From the NCBI GenBank assembly GCA_019057865.1, contig JAHLWP010000055.1, positions 1 to 19,424 on the forward strand: a stretch of DNA of 19,424 bases. The letters are read 5' to 3'. Position 1 is the stretch's first letter. Each line of letters begins with the position of its first letter. A model generated the notes under the pieces. The model was given only the letters and a program-made list of their open reading frames with translations, ran no database searches and was not told where the DNA came from. The position numbers were made by a program, and so were the translations under genes. Below are positions 1-9,464 of the stretch, piece by piece. Source of the DNA: Promethearchaeota archaeon (GTDB lineage: Archaea; Asgardarchaeota; Lokiarchaeia; Sigyniarchaeales; SOKP01).

Positions 1-169
1 GTCTGTTCAGATTTCTTTTCTCTTCCCTTCTCTTTATGTCAGAATTTAGGTCAATGTAATTGGTTAAATCGAAATTGGTCATTATTAAATCAATTCAAAA
101 GAAAATTATAATTAAAATAATTAATTGATTAAATTTTAAATTTTGGTAGTTTAATTATATTATTATCAC

Positions 170-185
170 TATAGAGGTCTCTATA
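170..185. promoter_or_regulatory. Palindromic operator-like site TATAGAG-gt-CTCTATA upstream of ORF 227
   Basis: Perfect 7-bp inverted repeat with a 2-bp spacer, about 40 bp upstream of ATG 227. Confidence 0.3.
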
Positions 186-226
186 AATGATTTTATAAGA
201 AAAATCCTAAAAAGGTTGTTAATAAG

Positions 227-448
227 ATGGAGAATAAATTAGAAAAAACAAGAGCGAGAGTTTGTTTCGATTGCCATGTATATTGCATTATTAATGTTAA
301 TAATTATAAAGCTATACAATTATTACAGCAATTTGAGAAAACACATCGTGGACATAGAACTCAAATAGTAAACCTTGATGAATTAAAACCAAAATCCCCA
401 ACGGACATTGGTTATATATGTGTATCAGACTTGAATAGAGAGGAATAA
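227..448 (+). CDS. Small putative Zn-binding protein (CxxC...HxxH)
   Basis: 73 aa, ATG start; CFDC and HRGH motifs give a C2H2-type ligand set. Confidence 0.7.
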   Translation: MENKLEKTRARVCFDCHVYCIINVNNYKAIQLLQQFEKTHRGHRTQIVNLDELKPKSPTDIGYICVSDLNREE

Positions 449-478
449 TATAAAATATCATTCCCAACTAAAAGAGAA

Positions 479-604
479 ATGGAATATATGAGTAAATATA
501 TCTATGATCATTTTAGAGATGTAATTGGAAGTAAAAATAAAGAAAGGGTTGGATATAATCTATTACGGACGACTTGTGGTCAACAATTTAATAAATGGCA
601 ATAA
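479..604 (+). pseudogene. Small ORF or decayed gene (MEYMSKYIYDHFRDVIGSKNKERVGYNLLRTTCGQQFNKWQ)
   Basis: 41-aa ORF translated by hand, in the same frame as 227-448; the frame reads on as IIDFMTFFNY after the TAA. Confidence 0.3.
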
Positions 605-783
605 ATTATAGATTTTATGACATTTTTTAATTACTGATCACACCTTTTTCTACGAAAATTAGTTAAAATTGATCATTTTGGACATCAAAGTAAAGATTTA
701 AATTTTGTCGGGAGAATAGAATATTACCAAAAATGTAAAAAAAATAAAATAATAATAATCCAATAATATAAAATAAATTTAGG

Positions 784-1122
784 GTGATGATAATATCAGA
801 AAAGTATGAAAGTTTTAATGAAGAAAAGGTTGAAAATATTGTAAAAGAATTAATTGAAAGTGGAGTTATTTTTATGGTAGGAATAGAACGGGCGTTATAC
901 CAATACATTCAAAGAGTAGCAACTAAGTTAGGTTATATGGATATAAAACCAATGGATTTAGGGCGAGTTATTATTTTAAAAGACGAGGACTATTTAAGAG
1001 TAGCAGATAAAATCTGGGAATATATTACATCTGGAATTTTAGCTCCTGGTAGCAATCGAAACAATCCGTGGTTTCCCCATCTTCATTTAACTGAGAAAGG
1101 TAAAAAATTCTTGGAAAAATAA
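784..1122 (+). CDS. Hypothetical protein with a C-terminal winged-helix-like motif
   Basis: 112 aa; IWEYITSGILAPG...HLHLTEKGKKFL resembles a wHTH recognition helix plus wing (LTxKG); GGTGA motif at the start. Confidence 0.7.
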   Translation: MMIISEKYESFNEEKVENIVKELIESGVIFMVGIERALYQYIQRVATKLGYMDIKPMDLGRVIILKDEDYLRVADKIWEYITSGILAPGSNRNNPWFPHLHLTEKGKKFLEK

Positions 1123-1459
1123 GGTTTTTTAAAGTCTAAAGGTTAATATTCATATTTGTATTGTTAAATCATCTAAAAAGCGTTTAATGTAATTTGGGTG
1201 TTCCTAAACAACAAACTTTTGTTTTTTTGAATAAAAAACTTAATAACGTAAGAAAAACACATGGTTGCATTCTTTACAATGAGATGCTTGACTATATGTC
1301 TTAAATCCACAAGAAGGGCAATATTTATATAAATCCTCTCCATTATCACGTATAATTGAATCTCAAATTATTGAAGAAATTGATCAATATAACAAAATAA
1401 TAAAATTAAGAACAGATGGTCTTTCTTTTATTCCAGTATTAAATCTTGTTGTCAAAAAA

Positions 1460-2047
1460 TTGGATGTAATTCTGGCCAAAAGACATTATTCTGAATTCTG
1501 TAGGCTATACCAAACTATTTGGGACCAAGTACGATCATACTATAAAAAAGCAGGAAGATTGGTTCCTGTAATACTATATATGTTCTTTAAAATAAAATGT
1601 ATAAAAATTAGCCCAAATAAGATCATCGAAGTTTCAAATCTTACCAAAAGACAATTTAAAATTTACTTTATGGAAGCTGTAAGATACTGTCCTGAATATT
1701 TTTCTCGGGATCGTACCAAAATGATTCAAAAACTCTTACTTTCTGTAATAGTTCACTTCCATTTTGATAATGAATTTATACAAGTATCTGATTCTCTTTT
1801 AAGGAAATTATGGAATAGACTTATTAATACAACAGATAGTATTATTGCGGGAGTCGTTTGTATACTAGCCATGATAAAATTAGATGTAAATTCAGTTAGT
1901 TACAATGCGATCTGTAAAAAATTAGGAATTCGAATGAGTAGTGTGTTTTATCAAGTAAAACATAATATTTTAAGTAGTGAAACTGCTCAAAAGTTTACAG
2001 GATTTAACCGGAGCCCTAATTTATTGAAATCATTCTTAACATTATAA
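1460..2047 (+). CDS. TFB/TFIIB-like protein with two cyclin-fold repeats and no Zn ribbon; true start probably further upstream
   Basis: LVPVILYMFFKIKCIKISPNKIIEVSNLT and IIAGVVCILAMIKL...SYNAICKKLGIRMSSV resemble the TFIIB repeat pattern. The frame is open from 1292. Confidence 0.6.
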   Translation: MDVILAKRHYSEFCRLYQTIWDQVRSYYKKAGRLVPVILYMFFKIKCIKISPNKIIEVSNLTKRQFKIYFMEAVRYCPEYFSRDRTKMIQKLLLSVIVHFHFDNEFIQVSDSLLRKLWNRLINTTDSIIAGVVCILAMIKLDVNSVSYNAICKKLGIRMSSVFYQVKHNILSSETAQKFTGFNRSPNLLKSFLTL

Positions 2048-2078
2048 CTTCATTCTAAAATCTGTGAAAGAAATCAAC

Positions 2079-2351
2079 TTAATCTTCCCAAATATGTATG
2101 AAATTTTCTAATGCTCTTGCTTTTATGCTTTCATTTTTATACCTAAATATTCGTATACGTCCAAATTTCTTCTCTTGGATTAAGTCTCGCGTTTTAAGAA
2201 AATTTAGGTGTCTTAGAATATTAGTATGATTTAGTCTTGTCTTATTAATGAGGGATGAGATATTCAATTCTTTTTCTTTCACCAGAATGTTTAAGATTTT
2301 AATTCGAGCTTTTGATTCAAATAAATTTTCTATAAGAAATTTTTCACCCAA
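2079..2351 (-). CDS. ArsR-like winged helix-turn-helix protein
   Basis: LFESKARIKILNIL...ELNISSLINKTRLNHTNILRHLNFLKTRDLIQEKKFGRIRIFR; TTG start with GAGG upstream. Confidence 0.85.
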   Translation of the reverse strand: MGEKFLIENLFESKARIKILNILVKEKELNISSLINKTRLNHTNILRHLNFLKTRDLIQEKKFGRIRIFRYKNESIKARALENFIHIWED

Positions 2352-2482
2352 AATATATTCCTCTAAAAAATCAATAAATTTAACAATTTTCCAAGATTAA
2401 AAATTTGTCAGAGTCTAACAATTTCTTATTTTGACTGAATAATCTAAAAATTGAAAATGAAATATAATTAATCATTCCTATA

Positions 2483-2806
2483 GTGATAATGATATCCAAT
2501 AGAAAGGTTTTAAAGGAAATCGTTAAGTTTGGCAAAAAGGAATACAGGGAGAAAAAACCCTGTAACGTAGAAGTCTTAAGAATTAAGGATGAGACAATTT
2601 TTACGAAGGGTGAGCCGTTTAAAAGAGTAAGTATTGCCAAATCTTCCCATCCTCACTATTTAGTATTGGTTGAATATGACAAAAGTTTTAGAATCTACTT
2701 CTTTTCCAAAAATAGTGTCCTGCTTGGTGGAGAAAATTTTGATAAAACTATTGAATTGATAAATACAGTTAAGAGGAATACCGTAAAAGAATATAGCATA
2801 CCATAG
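2483..2806 (+). CDS. Hypothetical protein
   Basis: 107-aa ORF with normal K/E/I/V-rich composition, divergent from the wHTH gene. Confidence 0.65.
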   Translation: MIMISNRKVLKEIVKFGKKEYREKKPCNVEVLRIKDETIFTKGEPFKRVSIAKSSHPHYLVLVEYDKSFRIYFFSKNSVLLGGENFDKTIELINTVKRNTVKEYSIP

Positions 2807-2968
2807 TTATTATTATAGTTTTTTTATTCAAACTTTTTCTTTAAATAATTTTACTCTTATCTAACTATATCAATTATTATTATGTATTTTATTCACGATT
2901 TTTCTAAAATGATGATATGTTCCTCCTCTAGAATATTAACACATTTAATTTAGATAAATATAAAGATT

Positions 2969-3352
2969 ATGTTTTATCTAAATGTGATAATGAATCCTTC
3001 AAAAATCTTACATATTAAAAACTCAATGTGGCAATTAACTCAAGATTATTTAAAGAATTTTAAACCAAATTTCAATGTATTTAATGAAGACATAGGCAGG
3101 AATTTTATAAAGATGTTGCTAAATGAAAAAAGAATTGCGATATTTCAATGGAAAGTTCAATCTAGACAGAAAGTTACTTTATTGGAGTATTATTGTCAAA
3201 ACTTTCTAGATACTATCATGATCTTTTACATAAAAAATACAAAAAAACTCAAAGGTAAGAAATTAAAAAAATTCAAGAATTCAAATGAGTTAAAAGAATA
3301 TTTTAATAACCAATTTAAGAAATATTTAAATGTTAGAAAGAGAGAGTTGTAA
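2969..3352 (+). CDS. Hypothetical basic protein
   Basis: 127-aa ORF in very AT-rich DNA; no motif recognised. Confidence 0.55.
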   Translation: MFYLNVIMNPSKILHIKNSMWQLTQDYLKNFKPNFNVFNEDIGRNFIKMLLNEKRIAIFQWKVQSRQKVTLLEYYCQNFLDTIMIFYIKNTKKLKGKKLKKFKNSNELKEYFNNQFKKYLNVRKREL

Positions 3353-3399
3353 CATGATTTGCGAAAATTATTTAAATCTAAAAAAGTTAATAAGTTAAT

Positions 3400-5226
3400 G
3401 TGATTAGATTGATGAAAAATAAAACAGTAAAGTTAAGTGCAGCATTTGTAGTATTATCTTTGATGTTATTAAATATTTCGGCCTTCACATCCCCAATTCA
3501 CGGGCAAAAGCAAACACCCACCAGTATGGAATTTTTAGCACCTATCGCATCAGATCCGAACGATTTTATATCGCGTTGGGAAACAACGGAGACAAGTTTT
3601 TGTTCTAGTGGCAGCAATCCAGTAGTATCAGATCCGAATGAGTTTCTCTCAGTTTGGGACACGACAAGGACAAGTTCGGGTTCTAGTGATAACAATCAAG
3701 TACACTTACCATTGGAATCGAGCGGAACATATAACTTCCTGGTAGATTGGGGTGATATGAGCAATGATACGATCACGATCTGGGATCAACCCGAGGTTAC
3801 CCACACCTATGCTTCTACGGGAGTGTATACCATTACGATTACAGGAACGATCGTAGGCTGGCGGTTTAATTATGGGGGAGATCGAAGTAAGATTCTTAAA
3901 ATCCAACAATGGGGTTGTTTACAATTAGGAAATTCGGGGAGTTATTTTTACGGATGCTCTAATTTAATACTCACGGCTACCGATAATTTGAATTTAACGG
4001 GAACAACCAGTCTATATCGTGCTTTCGCCTATTGCACAAATATTGGCAGTAGTAGTAACATGAACAGCTGGGACACCTCGAGTGTGACAGATATGAGTTG
4101 GATGTTCGGAGGGGCTACTTCGTTCAACCAACCAATTGGCGGCTGGGACGTCTCGAGCGTGACAAGTATGAACGATATATTCTACTATACTATTTCTTTC
4201 AACCAGCCTATCGGAAATTGGAACGTCTCAAGCGTGACAGATATGAGATGGATGTTTGGAGGAGCGTATTCGTTCAACCAGCCAATCGGTAATTGGGATG
4301 TATCGAGCGTAACAACTATGTCTAACATGTTTACCTCGGTGTCTTCATTCAACCAGCCCATCGGAAACTGGAACGTCTCTAGCGTAAAAACTATGTCTAG
4401 TATGTTTAGTCGTGCATCTTCGTTCGACCAGCCTATCGGTGACTGGGACGTATCGAGCGTGACAAATATGAATGGGATATTCGGAGTGGCATCTTCCTTC
4501 AACCAGCCAATCGGTAATTGGGATGTATCGAGCGTAACAACTATGTATGGGATGTTCGGATGTGCATCTTCGTTCAATCAGCCAATCGGAAACTGGAACG
4601 TCTCTAGCGTAAAAACTATGATTAATATGTTTAGTGGTGCATCTTCGTTCGACCAGCCAATCGGAAACTGGAACGCCTCTAGCGTAAAAACTATGTCTAA
4701 TATGTTTAGTGGTGCATCTTCGTTCGACCAGCCTATCGGTGACTGGGACGTATCGAGCGTGACAGATATGAGTTGGATGTTTATCGGGGCCTCTTCATTC
4801 AACCAGCCCATCGGTAACTGGGATGTGTCGAGCGTAACAGATATGTCTAACATGTTCTATGATGCTTCTTCCTTCAACCAACCTATTGGTAGTTGGAACG
4901 TCTCGAAAGTGGAATATATGGATAATATGTTCTATGGTGTTACATTATCGACACCTAATTATGATAATTTATTATTAGGCTGGTCGCAATTGACCTTGAA
5001 AACCGGCGTATATTTTCACGCAGGTAATTCCAAATATAGCGATGCTGCCAAGGATGCAAGACAATACATCATTACTACCTTTGCTTGGACTATTACAGAT
5101 GGGGGTCTCGCTACACCAGGTTCTCCTGTAATTCCAGGTTATAATTTAGTGTTGATTGTTGCTGCGTTAAGTGTTACCATTGCCCTAGTGATTAAGAGAA
5201 AGCATGATATAAAATATTATGCCTAA
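3400..5226 (+). CDS. BspA-family/DUF285 repeat surface protein with signal peptide, PKD-like domain and Loki-CTERM-type anchor
   Basis: N-terminal signal peptide; PKD-like VDWGD...[16 protein letters not shown]; 25-aa repeats [25 protein letters not shown]; C-terminal [24 protein letters not shown] (PG-aromatic, TM helix, basic tail). Confidence 0.92.
   Translation: MIRLMKNKTVKLSAAFVVLSLMLLNISAFTSPIHGQKQTPTSMEFLAPIASDPNDFISRWETTETSFCSSGSNPVVSDPNEFLSVWDTTRTSSGSSDNNQVHLPLESSGTYNFLVDWGDMSNDTITIWDQPEVTHTYASTGVYTITITGTIVGWRFNYGGDRSKILKIQQWGCLQLGNSGSYFYGCSNLILTATDNLNLTGTTSLYRAFAYCTNIGSSSNMNSWDTSSVTDMSWMFGGATSFNQPIGGWDVSSVTSMNDIFYYTISFNQPIGNWNVSSVTDMRWMFGGAYSFNQPIGNWDVSSVTTMSNMFTSVSSFNQPIGNWNVSSVKTMSSMFSRASSFDQPIGDWDVSSVTNMNGIFGVASSFNQPIGNWDVSSVTTMYGMFGCASSFNQPIGNWNVSSVKTMINMFSGASSFDQPIGNWNASSVKTMSNMFSGASSFDQPIGDWDVSSVTDMSWMFIGASSFNQPIGNWDVSSVTDMSNMFYDASSFNQPIGSWNVSKVEYMDNMFYGVTLSTPNYDNLLLGWSQLTLKTGVYFHAGNSKYSDAAKDARQYIITTFAWTITDGGLATPGSPVIPGYNLVLIVAALSVTIALVIKRKHDIKYYA
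4069..4932 (+). repeat. Coding tandem repeat, 75-bp unit, 11 full copies plus 1 partial (DUF285)
   Basis: Trp codons recur every 75 nt from 4069 to 4894, with near-identical framework DNA. Confidence 0.95.
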
Positions 5227-5281
5227 ATCCTATTAATTTTTAAATTTTTTTAGTTATTTCCTTTAACATGTTTATCAATCG

Positions 5282-5554
5282 AACAAAGATCCTGTGGTAT
5301 GGACCTATTTAGGAATCGAATATGCCGAACAAGAAGAATTTAAGGAAGCAATCAACTGATATAAGAAAGCTATTCAGCTAGATGCTGATGATGATTATAT
5401 TTGGGATAATTTACGGTATGCATCCTACCGGATTGAAGAGTATGAAAAAGCAGAGCATTGCCGAAAACGAGCAGTAGAGTTGAAGAAAGATGAATATAGA
5501 CAATACTATAAGCAACAGAGCAGAAAGGAGAGACTTAAGTCTTATTACATTTGA
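5282..5554 (+). pseudogene. TPR protein 3' fragment with in-frame TGA
   Basis: Hand translation: NKDPVVWTYLGIEYAEQEEFKEAIN*YKKAIQLDADDDYIWDNLRYASYRIEEYEKAEHCRKRAVELKK...; two TPR motifs; TGA at 5357-5359. Confidence 0.8.
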
Positions 5555-5803
5555 ATTTATGCGAAAAAAATGGAGATGGTTATCCTTTCAGTAGATTGTA
5601 ATTCAAAATGTAATTTCATAATTTTTTAGGTCTTCGTTATATTCAACCATAATTTTCTTATCTTTATGCTTTATAAAATATTCTAAGACATCTTGAGGGG
5701 TTTGAAAGGATTCGGCTCCTATATATTCTTCATTTCTATAAAAGAAATAATATTAATTTTTAAAAGGAAAGAGTAATATGAAGTTTGAACTTATTAATTT
5801 AAT

Positions 5804-6292
5804 ATGATTCTTCAAACCTTTATTTCCTTATTTCCTTTCATATCCCTGAAAAATCTTAATTTAATAGAAAAAGTATATATTATTTTGCCTAATGTAAAGA
5901 AAGAACTTAATCAGAAGATAATACAGATTTTTGAATTTTTTAATTTTGGGTTTATTTATGAAATTGAAGGAGAATATTATATCTATGACTTGGATGATGT
6001 AATTCAATTTGAAAATGGTTTAATGATTAAGCTATATTTTCCAGATTGTAAAATGTTTAAATTTCAAAACTTATTTGAGTCTGTATTTCATTATTTAGGA
6101 ATTAAGCATTATGTAATTCTTAATGATTTGGTAGATGGGAAAAGGTTACTTAAAGTGATTCATGATGATTTGGATTTTTTAGATAACTATAATCCTTTAA
6201 AGAACTTAAAATGGAGTGAAAAGGATAAGAGATGGATGAATCACAAACTCTACAGAGAAGATCTCATACCAATCTACCTCTTTACTTCCTGA
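5804..6292 (+). pseudogene. Probable C-terminal fragment of a larger uncharacterised protein family (homologous to 11483-11566)
   Basis: Low-complexity start, then a protein-like body (FGFIYEIEGEYYIY...ILNDLVDGK...YNPLKNLKW); 21/28 aa identical to the second copy. Confidence 0.6.
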
Positions 6293-6967
6293 AGAAGATA
6301 ATGATCCCTAAAAAAATTAATATCATTTATGCTATTCTTTTATAATTATAGCATAATAGATTCCCATAATAATTCATATATTTAAATCTTTACAAATTGG
6401 AAATTCACTAATCCCATACCAATTATTACACATAAGTTCTATGGAACATATTAGTACAATTGCATAATATGTTGAAGGGGATCTTATTATGGGTTGAGAT
6501 ATCTGAGCCCTATATAGATGTGACGATATTATCTACCCTAACATCACAACATTGAAAAACAATGGGGGTAAAAATTGTTTTTTCCCTGAATATCATATTA
6601 TGCATTGTACTATCAATTATATTTTTCAGCTATAACTTATACCTTATGATTCACCATTTTCAAAGATATGATTTAATTTTCAGATGTGTTTAAAAACCTA
6701 TATTAGGACTATTGTATAAGTGTTTAGCCAAAGATGTAATACTTACGGTAACCATAGATATATTACGAGATTCTGCCAAAACTGTAAAATCTTCGTGCAG
6801 TTCTTCAATAAATTCATACTCTCTATCCTGTTTTATTCTAGGTTTACACTACGAAATGTATTGATAAAATTTCTAGCAATAAATTTACCCCACATATAGC
6901 TGTGATGCAAATGAAAATGTCATATAGACCATAGTTTATATGAGGAGGGCATAAAGGTGTTAAATTA

Positions 6968-7458
6968 TTGGAAAAAATTGGAATTATACCAGAAGTACCT
7001 AAACGGGTTATTATATTTGTTGATCATGCAAATATTTTCTATAATTTACAGAAAAGAGATATTAGAATCGATTATAAAAAGCTCAAAGAGATATTGAGTA
7101 AAGACTCACATTTAGTCGGAGCTTTTGTGTATCTTGGAATGCCTGATAAAATCCCACCAGAGAAAGAAAGTTTTTTGAAATATATAAAAAAAGCAGGATA
7201 TACTATCCAAGCACGCCCTTTAAGAGTATTATCTGCTGGAACTGCGAAGCAAAAGGGAATTGATATTTTTATATATAAAGATATCTGGAATTAGCAGAGG
7301 AAGATGCATACGATAAGGCAGTATTAGTATCTGGAGACGGTGATTTTGTGGATGCGGTAAAAAAAATTGAAGCTATTGAAGAAACGATACGAACACTTCA
7401 ACCTGAAAGAGGATTGAATAAACAATTGAAAAATACAACTTTAGATCAAAGGTTTTGA
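6968..7458 (+). pseudogene. NYN domain (LabA/DUF88, PIN-like) RNase, frameshifted and 3'-truncated
   Basis: IFVDHANI and KQKGID motifs in 6968-7294. After a 1-nt frameshift near 7287 the other frame reads ELAEEDAYDKAVLVSGDGDFVDAVKKI, then an unrelated tail to TGA 7458. Confidence 0.88.
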
Positions 7459-7495
7459 AAATCTGAAAAATTCCTACTTAGTTAAAAAATATATT

Positions 7496-8137
7496 CTAAT
7501 TAATTTTCTTGAAAATCATATGGAATATAAAAAAAGCATTAACAGCAATAAGAGATTCATAAGAGAGTTTATAAATCTTTATATTGACAGTATTAAAATT
7601 TCTATTACTTTTTGGTCTGATTAATTCATTTGAAAATAAATCTATAGCTTCAGATAAATCTCCTAGTCCTAATATAGCACCATTCAACATACTCTTGAAA
7701 AAAAGCTCATTTGGAGTATTTTTAAATTTATTTAATGATGCTTTGTAAAAACAACATGCTTCTTTTTTCTTTCCATACTCTAAAGCACAAGCTCTATATG
7801 CATAAAGAAAATTTTGTTCTTGGTTAGCTATATAATCTTTATTTTCGATTTCAGAAAAAATTACCGTATCATGATGATTACAAAATCCAAAAAATGTAGA
7901 GGCAGTTCTAATACCAATTTGCTCGAATTCCCTTGTAAAAATAGTTTTTTGAATGTCACCAGAAATTACCATCCCTCTATCTGCAATGTGACTTAATATC
8001 TTACTTTTTTGGATTGAATGAGCTTTTATTTTTTTACTTGAACATGTCGATTTATCTGGAAAGATACAACCTTTAAATCTACATCTTCGATATAAACCAG
8101 AAAATAACTTATTAAACTCTATTTGGAATTCTTTCAC
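7496..8137 (-). pseudogene. HNH-like Cys/His protein (type often fused to SEC-C), probably 3'-truncated
   Basis: C...C...IKAHSIQ and ASTFFGFCNHHD..IF..IE motifs. The ORF ends shortly after a T homopolymer, where an alternative frame reads YIPYDFQEN. Confidence 0.6.
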
Positions 8138-8169
8138 AATTGAACCAATTCATTCTTGTAATGTAAATA

Positions 8170-8294
8170 GTGGCTCCTGCTAAATGAGACCTAAGTACAA
8201 GGTCGAAAATAAAATAGGGAGAGGAGGGCGAAATCAGAGTGTAAAGACTTACACTACCAAAAGACAAAAATCCAGGGTGTTTAGCAGGAGTCAT
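8170..8294 (+). ncRNA. Candidate structured RNA or miniature inverted-repeat element
   Basis: 8170-8186 pairs with 8278-8294 (17 bp, 4 G-U on the + strand), enclosing hairpins GACCT/AGGTC (8188-8204) and AGTGTAA/TTACACT (8238-8255); GC-rich relative to flanks. Confidence 0.5.
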
Positions 8295-8548
8295 GGTTTT
8301 TTATCCTATTTCTATGGTTAAAACGGATAGTTAAGCATTTAAGCTCTTTTATTTTAAAACTATATAAGAAAAAAATTAGAAATTTTTATTTTTGTATTTT
8401 CATATTTTTCTTTTTCTATTCTATTGTAAGAGACAAAACCATATCCACTATTAATTCCTAATGGAACTAGGTTCTTCTGACCATCATTCGATTGGAATGT
8501 AATAATTGATTTAATAAAAATCATTCCATTGCATTTTCCAAATGTGCG

Positions 8549-8980
8549 CTAGAATTCAAATCCACATTTTTTGCAAACATGTTTCTTGGCATACATCGGA
8601 ATATTACCCATATAACTTAAGACTTTTGATTTATCTTCTACGACCTTTATGTCTTTACCGACAGCACCACAATTTACGCATTTTATTCGCTCTTCAGTTG
8701 TAATATCATCCGTAAGTATTTCTGGAGGTTCTAACACGAATAATTCAGCCTTGAGTTTTTCAAGATGTGCAGTCTGTTCTTCTATAAATTTATCTTTTTT
8801 AGAAATAGTTTTGTTAAGTTCTTCAATCTCAGAATCTTTTTGTAAAAGTAAATTATTTAATTCAACGAGTTGAGAAGTTAATTTAGCGTTTTCTTCCTCT
8901 ACTATAGAAATTTTATTCTTTAAATCATCAATTTCTTTATTTAAACTATTATTTATCTCTTCTGACATAAAAATCTTCAC
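8549..8980 (-). CDS. Coiled-coil protein with C-terminal Zn ribbon
   Basis: Heptad-rich N-terminus; CVNCG...CKKCG. The likely start is ATG 8968 (MSEE). Confidence 0.88.
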   Translation of the reverse strand: MKIFMSEEINNSLNKEIDDLKNKISIVEEENAKLTSQLVELNNLLLQKDSEIEELNKTISKKDKFIEEQTAHLEKLKAELFVLEPPEILTDDITTEERIKCVNCGAVGKDIKVVEDKSKVLSYMGNIPMYAKKHVCKKCGFEF

Positions 8981-9464
8981 TTTACTTTAATTTTTTTTTC
9001 CAATCTCCTGAACCAAAATATCATATTTATTTTTTTCTTCGATAAAAACGAAAAAATTATCATATTTAATTTTATAGAATAGTTATATGCGAAGATCCTT
9101 CGAAGATTTATAAATATATTAACTTATATTCTCAAATAAGAGTGTCATTAGATTAGGAATGAATAACAAACATAATATTTTAATTATTTTCTATTTAAAA
9201 GCTTATTAAAAAACTTTTCAATATCAACTACATGAGACTTTGTTATACGCTTTAAAGAATGATGAGATAATGATAGCGAACCATCTATGATCCAATTTAA
9301 AAATTCTTTAATTCTGAAGCAAAAAATATTTTTTTATTTTTATCATAAAATTTTCACAAAAATGAAAAAACATATATATATCAAATTTTCATTCACTAAT
9401 TAGGTATAAGAAGTTTTAGACAATTTAAGATATATAATTTATAAAATTTTAAATAGGTAATTCT

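Noticed and set aside
3498-4853. ORFs 3498-3695, 3706-3909, 4098-4292, 4185-4577 and 4578-4853
   Set aside because: Antisense or alternative-frame shadows of the DUF285 gene.
4069-4932. Regular repeats as a CRISPR array
   Set aside because: The 75-bp in-frame coding units have no unique spacers, and no intact cas genes are present.
5695-5720. Hairpin as a SECIS for the TPR TGA
   Set aside because: Weak stem rich in G-U pairs, with no AUGA/GA core.
8170-8225. Canonical hammerhead ribozyme
   Set aside because: UGA-stem-GAAA is present, but the core reads CUAAAUGA instead of CUGANGA and there is no convincing stem III; kept only as a structural resemblance.
8112-8294. 60-aa ORF on the - strand
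   Set aside because: Atypical composition; it coincides with the inverted-repeat element and overlaps the next gene's start.
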